A DNA stretch of 48,594 nt from a virus (taxonomy: Duplodnaviria > Caudoviricetes), in the IMG/VR virus record IMGVR_UViG_3300010362_000026, positions 1-48,594 of that record; one strand, 5' to 3'. Shown here in pieces: positions 9,087 through 19,455 of the stretch; position 1 is the stretch's first letter; each line of letters begins with the position of its first letter. The notes below the pieces were generated by a model that was not told the DNA's origin, did not search any database, and saw only the letters and a program-made list of their open reading frames with translations. Made by a program: the position numbers and the translations under genes.

Positions 9087-11000
9087 CTACCGTTGCCCGT
9101 CCGTTCTGGCATCGATGCGGTTGACGCCGGATCGCCATTCGGAACCCAGCGTGTTGCTCTCCAGCCTGATCGTCAGCGAACGGCCACGCAGCCGGACATG
9201 GCACTCCTCAGTGAACTGCTCGACCGGGATCACCACCGAACGCTGCACCGGACTGGCCGTCTCTTCGATGAACCCGCCTCCCGGCTTGTCGCGCATCTTC
9301 AGCGTGATGTTCATGGTCGGTGCCGTCGAGGAGGTGGTGCGCTGCCGCCAAGTGATGTCGGGCAGGATGTGGCGGATGAACATGAACTTGTCGCCCTTGT
9401 CGTAGCTGCCTTCCGATGACAGTTCGATGGGACCGCTTTCGATGAAGGCGTTGATCGGCGTCGGCGGATTGGTCGAGCCGTCGTCACCGGCACCGTTGTC
9501 ATGTTCGTAGATGCGACTGTCCGGAGGCGGCGTTGCCGCGATCACGGGGTTCATGGCGTCGAGGTCGAGCCACGCCGTGCGTGTCAGCGAGCCGAACGTC
9601 CATGATCCGTCCGTCACATTGACCGCCACATAGCTGTCGATCTCGGTGTTGCCGCTGGCATTGGAGACGTAATACCAGATCACCTCGTTGTAGTTCTGGT
9701 TCGATCCGGCAACAGTCTTGCCAAACTGCTCGCGGTTAATCCTTGAGCCGATATAGTCCCACACCGGACACTGCATCTTGTCGGTGCGTCCGCTGTAGGC
9801 GTAGAAGCCGCCACGCCCCATCCAGTAGACGACGCCGTTGAAGGACGTGCAGGCCTTCATGCCAGCAATGTCAGACCACCTGTCCAGAAGTTCCGCCGTG
9901 TAGATGTAGGGCGGGCCGACATACTGGATCGAATAGAGCGCCTGATCGGTCCATGCCAGTATCTCGCGCGCCGTCGCCAGACCGGCGATGAACCTCGACC
10001 CGTTCGACAGCGGCAACGATCCGGCCGTGCCGATCAGGCTCGCTTCGTTCCAGTTGTAGATGTTCTCCTGATCGCACCAGCGGAACGTCAGCGGCTCGAC
10101 AATGACATCGGCGAAAACGGTGCAGCCGAACGCCAGCAGATGCCGGTCGCGGTGCGAGATGATGATGAACTGCGATTGCGCTGGCGCATTGCCATCGGCG
10201 GTGCCGCCCACGGTAAGGTCGAGGATGTTGACCATCCTGTCGGTCGGATTGGTCGCATCCCAGTAGAAGATCGGTCCATTCAGGGCACAGGCGGCGAGGT
10301 CTTCACCCCAGTTGTCTTGCGACCACATGCCGATCTGATCGCCCAATCCGGCCGTAGCGGAACCGCCCCACACGTCTTCAGACCATGCCAGCGAGCCCCA
10401 GCCGCCACCCGTGATGAAGTCCGTCGTCCCAGCGGTGAACAGGTAGGTCGCCTGCACGGCAGCTCCGCCGAAATTCGTTGTCGCCGTGGCGGGCGTAGTG
10501 GCGACATCGAACGTATAGTGATCGCCATCCACCCATGTCGCGACGATCTGCTGCGTGTTGATCTCGCCGACCGGAATGCCGGATGTGCCAGCCGTCGCCC
10601 CTGAGAACTTGACGATGTCGCCAGCCTCATGGCCATGACCGGGATGCGTCACCGTCACGGTCTTCGAGCCGGTGGTCGAGGCAAAGGGATCGGTCGTGGT
10701 CAGCGTGACCGCATGATCCCAAGGCGTCACGTCATTCTGCGCATCGCCGGTCAGCATGTAGAAACGCTTCGACGTTCCGGCGCTCACCCATATCTTGCCA
10801 GCCAGATCGCCATGCCGGTGCAGCGACCGGCACACCCCGGTCATGACGAAACCGGGATACTCGTCCTCCCAACCCGACCAGCGTTCCGGCTGGCCATCGC
10901 GGAAGCGGACCATGGAACAGTCGTACCAAGTCCCTGCCGTGGCGTAACGGGTGGTGTTCCTGACGACGCCGGGGGCAATTCTAAGGCTTGTCCAAGGCAA
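9087..11000 (-). CDS. Tail tubular/nozzle protein (P22 gp10 / T7 gp12-like DNA stabilisation protein)
   Basis: 637 aa beta-rich; WSQDNWGEDL, RWCDQEN and VYWMG motifs; insert KTVTVTHPGHGHEAGDIV. Confidence 0.7.
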   Translation of the reverse strand: MPWTSLRIAPGVVRNTTRYATAGTWYDCSMVRFRDGQPERWSGWEDEYPGFVMTGVCRSLHRHGDLAGKIWVSAGTSKRFYMLTGDAQNDVTPWDHAVTLTTTDPFASTTGSKTVTVTHPGHGHEAGDIVKFSGATAGTSGIPVGEINTQQIVATWVDGDHYTFDVATTPATATTNFGGAAVQATYLFTAGTTDFITGGGWGSLAWSEDVWGGSATAGLGDQIGMWSQDNWGEDLAACALNGPIFYWDATNPTDRMVNILDLTVGGTADGNAPAQSQFIIISHRDRHLLAFGCTVFADVIVEPLTFRWCDQENIYNWNEASLIGTAGSLPLSNGSRFIAGLATAREILAWTDQALYSIQYVGPPYIYTAELLDRWSDIAGMKACTSFNGVVYWMGRGGFYAYSGRTDKMQCPVWDYIGSRINREQFGKTVAGSNQNYNEVIWYYVSNASGNTEIDSYVAVNVTDGSWTFGSLTRTAWLDLDAMNPVIAATPPPDSRIYEHDNGAGDDGSTNPPTPINAFIESGPIELSSEGSYDKGDKFMFIRHILPDITWRQRTTSSTAPTMNITLKMRDKPGGGFIEETASPVQRSVVIPVEQFTEECHVRLRGRSLTIRLESNTLGSEWRSGVNRIDARTDGQR

Positions 11001-11298
11001 TGGATTTTCTCTGGCTCTGTTCGTTCTGCGTGATCATCGTCTGGATCAGGACTTCCGCATTGGTCTTGTTGGCCTTGACCATCTCGTTGCGGAAGCTCTC
11101 CACCGCTGCGCCGGTCTGGCGCTGCTGGCCTGAATTCTCGATCAGGAGGATGGGGAGCCACGCGATGGCGCACGCCCACTCATCCTGTTCCTTGCCGGTA
11201 TTGCTGTCGGTGCCGCGCACCTGAATGAACCACATGCACATATTCTGGATGCAGTCCTTCTTGAGTAACGGGCAGTAGGTTCCGGGTTGCAGCTTCAT
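10981..11298 (-). CDS. Conserved Cys-containing phage protein adjacent to the tail fibre
   Basis: CPL...C...C.WF...CAIAWLP.LLIENS.QQRQTGAAVESFRNEMV. Confidence 0.65.
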   Translation of the reverse strand: MKLQPGTYCPLLKKDCIQNMCMWFIQVRGTDSNTGKEQDEWACAIAWLPILLIENSGQQRQTGAAVESFRNEMVKANKTNAEVLIQTMITQNEQSQRKSIALDKP

Positions 11299-11300
11299 CT

Positions 11301-12584
11301 TCAGTTCTTTGTTGCGATGATCATATCGACATAGGCCACGTCGAAGTTCATGCCGTTGCCGCTGAAGGTATGGGCGTGTGTCTGGCCAGAACCGGCGTTC
11401 TGCGTGTTGAAGTTCAGCTGATGATAGTGGTTGGCCGAGATGCCGCCAGTATTGCCGTTGACATTGTGGACGTGATCGCGGTCATCGTAATTGGTGTTGG
11501 CTTCGTTCGAAAAACCGCCACCGCTCGTACCCTGACCACCGCCACCGCCTACCAAGACAACGAAGTTGTAGCCGCTGATCGACCTTGCATGAGTGTGGGC
11601 AGTGTTTCGACCGGCAGTGTTGACATTGAGATTGTGCGAGTGATCCGAACTCACATAACCAGAATTGCCAAAGACGAGGTGGTCGTGAGGAGGCAGCTGC
11701 GCCTCGCTCAGTGCCGAACCATTGACGGTGCCGGATGGTACTCGTGCCGAGGTGAAGACCGCCGAGAACGATGTCGAACCGCCCGATGTCACGGTACCGG
11801 AGACGACCCGCAAGGCCTTGTCGTTCTGCGAAGTGACCTTCGTCCAGCCGGTGGGCGCGGCCGATTGCCAGAACAGCATCGACGTTCCGGAAGCGAACAT
11901 GATGTCGGTGGCATGGAGGCCATCGACCAGATCGGCATCCATGCCTGATCCGGTGCCGTCGTTGCTGGCGGTCCAGACCTTGCCACCCGCCTGACCCTGT
12001 GGCGCAATGTAGAGATCGCTTGCCGAGCCGCCCGTCTCCAGTCTGACAGCCCAGTTGCTGCCATCGACATTGCTGTTGTGGAAATCGATGTAGCGGCCGA
12101 CTTCCATGACGCCGGTATTGTCGACATAGCCGACCAAGCTCCAGCGCTGCGCGGGATTGGACGGTGTGACGATGTAATCGTTCGAATAAACGTCCGCGCC
12201 ATCAGTGAAGACGACCTTCCACTGCACTCCCGGCGAACCGCCCGGAGGAATGGCAATCGTCGCGCCGCCGTTGGCAATCACCACATTGAACCCACCAATC
12301 GTGGTGTTGCGCATGAAGTAGAACTTGGAGACGTTGGGGATCGTCACCGTCCTGTCGGCGGTCAGGGTGCCGGTGAAGATGATGAAGCAGGGTCGCGCCT
12401 GATCGGTGGCTCCGTTGACGGCGGTCAGCGTCAGGTTGGCGTCGGCGATGTTGACGGTGGTGAGGTGAGAAATCGCCTCTTCCAAAAGCGTGTAGCCGGT
12501 ATTGGCGACGGCACCCCATGACGACCGGTGATCGCCGGTTCCCTGAAGCTCTATCCTGAGATTGGTTGAGTAGCTGCTAGCCAT
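11301..12584 (-). CDS. Tail fibre protein with collar-like domain
   Basis: MASSYSTNLRIEL anchor, GSGMDADLVDG, SAAPTGWTK...DKALRVV, and HxH repeats. Confidence 0.8.
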   Translation of the reverse strand: MASSYSTNLRIELQGTGDHRSSWGAVANTGYTLLEEAISHLTTVNIADANLTLTAVNGATDQARPCFIIFTGTLTADRTVTIPNVSKFYFMRNTTIGGFNVVIANGGATIAIPPGGSPGVQWKVVFTDGADVYSNDYIVTPSNPAQRWSLVGYVDNTGVMEVGRYIDFHNSNVDGSNWAVRLETGGSASDLYIAPQGQAGGKVWTASNDGTGSGMDADLVDGLHATDIMFASGTSMLFWQSAAPTGWTKVTSQNDKALRVVSGTVTSGGSTSFSAVFTSARVPSGTVNGSALSEAQLPPHDHLVFGNSGYVSSDHSHNLNVNTAGRNTAHTHARSISGYNFVVLVGGGGGQGTSGGGFSNEANTNYDDRDHVHNVNGNTGGISANHYHQLNFNTQNAGSGQTHAHTFSGNGMNFDVAYVDMIIATKN

Positions 12585-13379
12585 TTATCTGACCGGTATC
12601 CATTTGTCTGTCTTGTCCTGCCGGACTGCGATCCATTCTTCGCTGACCATTCCGGGTTTGTACGGCGTCCAGCCTTCCTCGACTTGCGTCTCGCTGCTTG
12701 GCTCCCACGCTTCGGCGACGACACTCCCGACACTCACCTTGGCTTGGCAACCGGTAAGCGCAAGTTCGTAATCATATTCGGTATCCACGACACCGGCATC
12801 GGCGACCAATTCAAATCCATCGACCGTCTGATCTATGCCGTAATGAACGATGACCGTACCCTCGCCCACCGTCATCTCCAGCCCGGAAACGGAAGCCGTC
12901 GCGGCAACGCTTACGGAAGCATCCCCCAGCAAAAGGCTGAGAGACTGGCCGCTGACGAAGACTGTCTGCGGACAGGTTATCGCAATGTCCCCGACAAAGA
13001 CGGTCATAACGTTGCCAGTGACCGGAATCATCAGCCTCGAAACCAGAGTGATGCTGACGGTGCCGACAGAAGCAGTCATTTGCTGACCAGCGGCACCCAT
13101 CGAAACACTGCCGCCTGCCGTAACGGAAACCGAACCCTTCGACACGACAAGCTGCTGGCCGGTGACGGTGGCGCTGGCCTTGCCGCTGACCGTCTCGTTG
13201 CCAACCGCAGCGGTGACGCTCTGGCCGGTCACCGATACCCTGTCGGATGCTGCAACCGAAACACTTCCGACCGAAACAAAAACCACCTGACCAGTCACCG
13301 ATAGCGTAACCGGTCCTGCATCCCATATCGTCGTATCAGTATCCCATGTGCCGACAGCCTCATCCCATGTGTCGGCCAT
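12585..13379 (-). CDS. Structural protein with V/T/G-rich beta repeats
   Basis: Repeated (V)SVTGQxxTxxVGxV units. Confidence 0.65.
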   Translation of the reverse strand: MADTWDEAVGTWDTDTTIWDAGPVTLSVTGQVVFVSVGSVSVAASDRVSVTGQSVTAAVGNETVSGKASATVTGQQLVVSKGSVSVTAGGSVSMGAAGQQMTASVGTVSITLVSRLMIPVTGNVMTVFVGDIAITCPQTVFVSGQSLSLLLGDASVSVAATASVSGLEMTVGEGTVIVHYGIDQTVDGFELVADAGVVDTEYDYELALTGCQAKVSVGSVVAEAWEPSSETQVEEGWTPYKPGMVSEEWIAVRQDKTDKWIPVR

Positions 13380-13382
13380 CGA

Positions 13383-14513
13383 TCATCTCGCGTTAACCGG
13401 CAAATAAAATGAAGCGCCTCCCGAGACTAGATTAACTCCCCGATTAGCTACCAATGTCGAACTGGTGGTAGTATTCCAATCTGCCATCGCCGTGTTGTGA
13501 TATGCATTAGCGATAGTGCTGATAACCCTCGTCGTCGTTCCATCAATTACACTTGCTCCGTTTGCACTCATCGCAGCAACAGGATTGGCAATACGCATGG
13601 GAACTGGGTTTATATTTCCTATACGATTTTGAGTGGTTGTAGTTGCAGCCATCCCACTGCCAGCTTGGAATTTGTACCAGTAACGCTGCGACTGCATTAT
13701 CGCAGTCTGTTCATTGTCCGGTATCCAATCAGGTGCACGACCGGTGTAATTCGGATCGACATATAGGCCAGTGTCAAACAGTTCAAACGTGTTCAATGCA
13801 GCGGCACCGTTCGACTGCGACGGCGAAGCAATTGGCGTGCCAGACGCATTCCATGCATTGGCCGTACCTGTATTGAAAGTCGTTCCAGCCGCCAGCGTAA
13901 TCCAGACGGTGTGCATGGTGTTGTCAAAAGCCCACGTCCCACCACCATCAGGAGATATAATGACCGTCTGTTCGGTATCGGTGTTAGCCTGCCCAGCACT
14001 GATCGTAAACGGCGCAGGATATGATCTGCTAGCAGTTCTATATGTTGCGTGATAAGTGCCAGCCGGTCCTTTGAAACCAAAACGTAATATAGATTGCACT
14101 GCATACGAAGATGCGTATGCAAGATCAGCGACAAAATTACCTTCGATTTGTATTACAAACCCTAAATAAGAACCAACTGCCAATGAAGCGTTAGCAGTGG
14201 TGATCGTAATGCGAATCCGATCACGCGATCCCCGTGGCGTTAATGATTGTACACGTTGTGCACTAACTGCGCCGGGAGAGATGGACACAGCCATGTCAAA
14301 TTGGTCCGCAGGATAATAAACACTCGTTGTACCAGCTGTGTTGCCGTTCTCCTGACTGGAGATCATGGACGGATTGACAATGCGATTTTTCGGTAATGCT
14401 GTTGGCGCTAGACTGGTATCCCAACGGTTTTTAGAGGATGACCATTCAAATAAGTTACTGCCGACAGTCACTTTCTGCCCATTGGTTGGGGCATTGGGAA
14501 AGTTGGTCGCCAC
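13383..14513 (-). CDS. Receptor-binding/fibre protein, paralogue A
   Basis: FPxxPTxGQ N-terminus; N.IVNP...SQENG...YYPADQ, IEG..VADL, DP..TG..P and QRYWYK blocks. Confidence 0.75.
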   Translation of the reverse strand: MATNFPNAPTNGQKVTVGSNLFEWSSSKNRWDTSLAPTALPKNRIVNPSMISSQENGNTAGTTSVYYPADQFDMAVSISPGAVSAQRVQSLTPRGSRDRIRITITTANASLAVGSYLGFVIQIEGNFVADLAYASSYAVQSILRFGFKGPAGTYHATYRTASRSYPAPFTISAGQANTDTEQTVIISPDGGGTWAFDNTMHTVWITLAAGTTFNTGTANAWNASGTPIASPSQSNGAAALNTFELFDTGLYVDPNYTGRAPDWIPDNEQTAIMQSQRYWYKFQAGSGMAATTTTQNRIGNINPVPMRIANPVAAMSANGASVIDGTTTRVISTIANAYHNTAMADWNTTTSSTLVANRGVNLVSGGASFYLPVNAR

Positions 14514-15622
14514 TACATCCTCGCGCTCATCGCAATGTAGTCCGCAAGACCCTGCTCATACTGAACTCCCGGCCTACCAGCGGTCATTCCGCCAGCTGAA
14601 CAGGTCACGTCGAACTCTGCAGCATAGCTGTTGCACGCCGAGGAAATTGAAGTGATGGCCGGGGTTACGGCTCCGTCATACATCTTTGGGGCACCAACGA
14701 TGGTTCCTGTCGGAGTAGCACGCATCGGCACCGGATGGACCATTGAAGCGCGACCAACAGTCGTTGTGCCTGTTACGACACCGCGCAACGCTACCTGCTT
14801 GTACCAATAACGCTGACAACGACGCAGTTCTGCATCGTATATCGGCGGGTCGAATGGCGGCGCAATGCCAGTATTATATGGGTCAGCATAAAAACCGGTG
14901 TTGCTGAACAAAAAGATGCTACCAGTGTTGGCACCATTCGTATTTCCAGCGATCTGCACCTTATTGCCAGCCTGCCAACCTGCTACACCTCCGCCATAAG
15001 TCGTGCCAGATGCAAGCCCCAATCCTACTTGAATTCCAGCACTATTGCCTGTTGGCCATGTCCCAGTTGTATCCCCCGGAACGACAACGCTAAAAGTGCT
15101 CCACGAATTAGCCGGTATGGTGAACGGTGCGAGGAAGGTGCGATCACCTGCATTATTCTTAACCTGCACTGAATAAGTCCCGGCTAAAACCGAATACAGG
15201 CTAAATTGGAATACGGCCTGTCTCGCATCGGCAGTTCCCCATCGAAGATCGGCGACTCGCTGCCCTTCGATCTTCTGGAAGAATTGCATATAAGCACCAG
15301 CAGAGGGGGTCGTCATCGCCGTGGCAACGGTCATGGAAATGCAATCGCTGCCAGCAGGCGCAACCCGAGTTCGCCCGCTATTGATGGTGCCGGGTGAAAG
15401 CCCCCAACTAGCCACCCATTGATCGGCGGGATAATAATTTCCGGTGGCAGTCGATGCGCTCGATACGTCGCCGTTCTCCTGCGATATCTTCATGACCGAG
15501 TTCAGCAGGTAATTTTTCGGCAGCGCGGTCTTGGCTTTCGGCCGCTGCCATTCACCACTACGGTAAACAAACCCGTTGGCTGTCTGGCCTTCCGTCGGTG
15601 AGGATGGAAAATCATATGCCAT
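14513..15622 (-). CDS. Receptor-binding/fibre protein, paralogue B
   Basis: Same conserved blocks as paralogue A, plus HPVPMRA. Confidence 0.75.
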   Translation of the reverse strand: MAYDFPSSPTEGQTANGFVYRSGEWQRPKAKTALPKNYLLNSVMKISQENGDVSSASTATGNYYPADQWVASWGLSPGTINSGRTRVAPAGSDCISMTVATAMTTPSAGAYMQFFQKIEGQRVADLRWGTADARQAVFQFSLYSVLAGTYSVQVKNNAGDRTFLAPFTIPANSWSTFSVVVPGDTTGTWPTGNSAGIQVGLGLASGTTYGGGVAGWQAGNKVQIAGNTNGANTGSIFLFSNTGFYADPYNTGIAPPFDPPIYDAELRRCQRYWYKQVALRGVVTGTTTVGRASMVHPVPMRATPTGTIVGAPKMYDGAVTPAITSISSACNSYAAEFDVTCSAGGMTAGRPGVQYEQGLADYIAMSARM

Positions 15623-17326
15623 TCAACGTGAACTCACCGCTATGTAATTAGTTTCTTGCCCATCGACCAAAGAACTGCCGGGACGCCCAATAGTAAAACC
15701 GCCAGCGCTAGCAGTTAAATTAATATCTAAATACTGTAATGTAGCTTGTTGGCTAGGTATACCAGTCATATTAGGAGCAACACCACCATCATACAAACGA
15801 AGAGCGGTGCCAACCAATGTAACCGTGAAACCAGTTGCCCTCAGCGGTACAGGATGATTAGCTTGTGCCCGTGTAATTTGGAGGGCTCCAAGCACTGGGC
15901 CGTGAAGAGCAAATGCCTTGTACCAATAACGTAAGCAGTCAGTGAAATCGTCCTCGTAATTGTTCTGCTGAAACTCTGGCGGCACGCCGGTCATGTTTGG
16001 ATCGGCGTAAAAACCAACATCACCAACATTGATCAACCCTGAAACAGGAGGGATAATATTTATCTTAGAAGTTCCGTAAAAACTCCCAGATACCCACGCA
16101 CCAGTGGTTGATGTAACGAAAGTCGACCCAGAAATATATGCAAAGCGAATACTTAGGACATAACTGCTATCAGTGGCCCACGCTCCAATTGTACATGGCG
16201 GTATGACATAAACATACTCCTTCGGCGTTGTCGAATCGACAACGCAATCAAATACAATGCATGCCGTGCCAGCAATATTACGAATAGAAACACACATGTT
16301 TTTAGGCACAGTGGGAGCTGATGCACAAAAACGCAATATAGCGTATTTAGCATTAGCCGTTCCGTATTGAAGGTCTGCTACTCGATAACCTTCAATGTAC
16401 TGTGATATTAGAGTGTAATCACCAGCAGCCGGGACAACCATCGCTTACGGCCCATTGTTCGAATTCTGAAAGATCATGTAAGGCGATCTTCTTGAGGAGG
16501 GCGATGCAGTCCGTCCAACTCCCCTGTTGGTTGTCGTGCCGATGTAGATGAACTGCCACTGATCGGCTGCGTAGAAGCCAGAGGTTGTACCAGTATTGCT
16601 GCCGTTTTCCTGACTGACCTGAAAAGTCGGATTGACGACCTTGTTGAATGTGCTCGCAGTCCCCTTTGCCCGTGTCCACGCGCCCTTGGCCGAACTGTAA
16701 ATCCAGATCGGTCCACTCGGCGGATAAAACACCTGCCCATCGGTCGGGCTGGCCGGGAAATCAAATCCGGCACCGTTGAAGGGCAAATATCCGGTCGGTA
16801 CCGCACCTGAAAATGCCGAAGCCCCGAAATTCACCGTCGTCACATAGCCAGCATCACCGCTGACAATCGCGTAATTGTCCGTGCTGCCGGAATATCCGGC
16901 AACGGAAAAACCGCCAATGCCGGTAGATGGATTGTTCGATGAGCTGCCATTCCACACCCCGGCACTCATCGTCCTGAACCAGACCAGCTTGGCATTCAGG
17001 TCGAAAGCGACACAGACAATATCGCTATTGCCATAGGTAACACCGACACTCGTGAATACGTTGCCGAGCGCCACCGTGCCATTCGAGAACAGCCCGAACG
17101 AATTGTTGTCAAACCCCGGAAACGTCATCGCGCCAAGGCGCGAGAAACCGACGACGCTGTTGGCAATCAGCGTGGAAGTGAATTCAAAATATACCTTGCC
17201 GGTGCGCGGCGCTGTGGACCGCACCCACTGGTTCGACGCCATGTCCATGCCCTGTGCGGTGAGGTTGCCGTTGGACAGGTCAACGAGCGTGTTCTTGCGG
17301 TCGCTGGGATTGAGTGTCGCAGCCAT
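15623..17326 (-). pseudogene. Receptor-binding protein paralogue C with N-terminal SPRY/B30.2-like domain, interrupted by an in-frame TAA at 16445-16447 (ORFs 16445..17326 and 15623..16441)
   Basis: Start MAATLNPSD at 17326. ...GGG CCG TAA GCG ATG GTT... is in frame, and the two halves together align with full-length paralogues A and B. Confidence 0.6.
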
Positions 17327-18090
17327 CAGTTCAGCTGCACCCATTGCGAGGACGTGCCGTCGTTGTAGTAGATGAACAGCCCTCCCGTTGAACTGTCCCA
17401 CCAAAGCGATCCCTGCGAAGGACTGCCCGGAGCGGTATCGGAAATGGTCGCGCCTCCACCGACACCGGCCAGCGCCGTCGTCACGAAAGCCGTTGTCGCC
17501 AGCTGCGTGGTGTTCGTGCCTGCTGTCGCGGTCGGTGCCGTAGGAATGCCGGTCAGTGGTGGCGAAGCCAGATCGGCCTTCAGGTTCAGCGCTGTCTGCT
17601 GGGCCGTCGAGACGGGCTTGTTGACATCGCTGGTATTGTCCACATTGGTCAGCCCGACTGCGATCTTGTCGAGCGTCTGCCACGTCTTGTCGCCACGCCG
17701 GTACTGGCTCGTCGTACCAACCGAGATCGGCGGCTCCTTGTTGTTGAACGTCGTCCAATCGGTGGAAGCCAGATAGCCGTTCGCCGATGCGGTCGCCACA
17801 GCCATGCTGATGGCTGGAGTGCTTCCACCGGACGAAACGACTGGAGCCGTTCCAGTGACCGAAGTCACGGTGCCGACAGCCGCACCATTGATGGTGAGGG
17901 CACCGGAGTTGTTGAACGAATAGGTCGCGGCACCCTTGGTGATGACGAATGTCGAAGAGGTGTCGCTGAACGTGCCCTGCAAGACCGTCTTGACGAGACG
18001 GATATGGTCATCGCCTTCAAGGCGACCATCAGTACCTTGTGGCCACGCAGCATTAAGCTGCGAAAAGAGCGTGGCGCTTTCGACAGTCAT
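17326..18090 (-). CDS. Tail fibre/adaptor protein
   Basis: EGDDHIRLVK, VGLTNVDNTSDVNKPVSTAQQTAL, PTAPTA..GTNTTQLATTAFV and LWWDS...SSQWV fibre motifs. Confidence 0.75.
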   Translation of the reverse strand: MTVESATLFSQLNAAWPQGTDGRLEGDDHIRLVKTVLQGTFSDTSSTFVITKGAATYSFNNSGALTINGAAVGTVTSVTGTAPVVSSGGSTPAISMAVATASANGYLASTDWTTFNNKEPPISVGTTSQYRRGDKTWQTLDKIAVGLTNVDNTSDVNKPVSTAQQTALNLKADLASPPLTGIPTAPTATAGTNTTQLATTAFVTTALAGVGGGATISDTAPGSPSQGSLWWDSSTGGLFIYYNDGTSSQWVQLN

Positions 18091-18518
18091 CAGGCAATCC
18101 GGATGATCGCGTTGGTGGCGTCCGGTGTCGGGAAGACGATGGTGAAATCACCGGCCGAAGACGCCTTGTCCGAACCGAAATCGAGCACCACGCACGCCCT
18201 GTTGGCATTGGTCGAATTGTAGATCAGGGCACCGCGCGCGGTGACGGTCGATGTTGCCCAAGTGGTGTCGTTGAAATCCGTGTAAGCGGTGGTGCCGGAT
18301 ACGACCGGGGTGACGTTGGTCAGCGTGTTGCCGCCCGCTGTGTAAGCCGTCCCTGACGCTTCATTGGTTGCCGCGTAGGCGGTCGTGCTCGCGCCCAAGG
18401 TCGCCGCGCTGGTGTACATGGCGATCTTGAAAACATTGCCGGTCGAGGTGGTGAAGTTATGCAATGCCTGCATCAGTTCCTGCTTGAAGGACGTGCATAC
18501 CGCCTGTGTGATCGCCAT
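18090..18518 (-). CDS. Conserved virion structural protein
   Basis: Start moved to MAITQAVCTSFKQELM; ARGALIYN...VLDFGSDK...FTI.FP...AIIRIA. Confidence 0.75.
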   Translation of the reverse strand: MAITQAVCTSFKQELMQALHNFTTSTGNVFKIAMYTSAATLGASTTAYAATNEASGTAYTAGGNTLTNVTPVVSGTTAYTDFNDTTWATSTVTARGALIYNSTNANRACVVLDFGSDKASSAGDFTIVFPTPDATNAIIRIA

Positions 18519-18520
18519 TA

Positions 18521-18811
18521 CTATCTCTCCATGTTGGTGACGAGCGCTGCCGCTTCGTCCAGTCCAGCCTTCCTCAAAGCGCCTATGACGGTGGTGCGGT
18601 CGGACGCGATGGCCTGCTTGAGCCCATGCAGGATGATCGCATGGACGCGATCCCTGTAAGCCAGCGCCTGATCGCGGATCGGTGGCGGCGCATCGTTCGA
18701 AACATAGACCAGCCGGTCGAGCATCCTGCCTGCATAGAATTCCGGATCGTGGCCGCGCCCCTGCGTGGTCACCACCTCGAATTTGCCGACTGCCATCTCG
18801 GCGGCATTCAT
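18521..18811 (-). CDS. Conserved hypothetical phage protein
   Basis: ATGA overlap with the upstream stop; GRGH..E...APPPIRDQA.A.R motif. Confidence 0.7.
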   Translation of the reverse strand: MNAAEMAVGKFEVVTTQGRGHDPEFYAGRMLDRLVYVSNDAPPPIRDQALAYRDRVHAIILHGLKQAIASDRTTVIGALRKAGLDEAAALVTNMER

Positions 18812-19455
18812 GTCGGTATCCTCTGGTCGGGAGCGCGATAGGTATCCTTGCGCTGACGCCCCTCGGCAATCTGCTTCAGCATGGCCACAGCTTCATCGAA
18901 CTTGCCCTTGTAGGACTGGATCACGTCCTGATCGCCCTTCTCGAAAATGTAGCCATGCAGGATCGTCCCGAATATCAAGGCCATCTCGCCATTCTCCGAA
19001 AGCCAAGTGACGTTGTTGTCCGGATCGGCCATGCCTTCAGGCGGGACGGTGATGCTGGGCGGCGTCTTGAAGTAGGAAAGTTCCATGAGATAGGAAATGT
19101 CCGGGGTCGGCGCGATGATGAAAGTCTGGTCATCGTGGATCGCGTAGTAGCGCGGCTTGCCCAAGAATGTTTCATCCGGATACGCCTCCCGCAGGAAAGC
19201 ATTATCCTTCGGCAGGAGGAAATCGTCGCCGACGATCTGCAGTGAATAGGCCGACAGGAAATCCAGCGGCTGCGTCACGAAGCGGTCATTCGGGGCAATG
19301 CTGGACCGTGATACCTCGCGCGTCACCGGCAGCTGCACCATCCGGTGAATGTCTTCCTCGGCCAGCCGCGCATAGAGCGGCAGGTTGTTGACGAAGATCG
19401 GCGTGCCTGCTTCCAGATATTGCTGTACTGCGGTCTTCAGTTCACCCCAGTTCAA
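18808..19455 (-). CDS. Putative head-tail adaptor protein
   Basis: ELKTAVQQY...FLREAYP...G.PRYYA...APTPD..Y...TWLS pattern; position in the operon. Confidence 0.6.
   Translation of the reverse strand: MNWGELKTAVQQYLEAGTPIFVNNLPLYARLAEEDIHRMVQLPVTREVSRSSIAPNDRFVTQPLDFLSAYSLQIVGDDFLLPKDNAFLREAYPDETFLGKPRYYAIHDDQTFIIAPTPDISYLMELSYFKTPPSITVPPEGMADPDNNVTWLSENGEMALIFGTILHGYIFEKGDQDVIQSYKGKFDEAVAMLKQIAEGRQRKDTYRAPDQRIPT

Noticed and set aside
13383-17326. Diversity-generating retroelement or shufflon acting on the RBP paralogues
   Set aside because: No reverse transcriptase, near-identical TR/VR pair, invertase or inverted crossover sites seen in the window.
16445-17758. 437-aa ORF as listed in the track
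   Set aside because: The first ~144 codons overlap gene 17326..18090 out of frame; the real start is ATG 17326.
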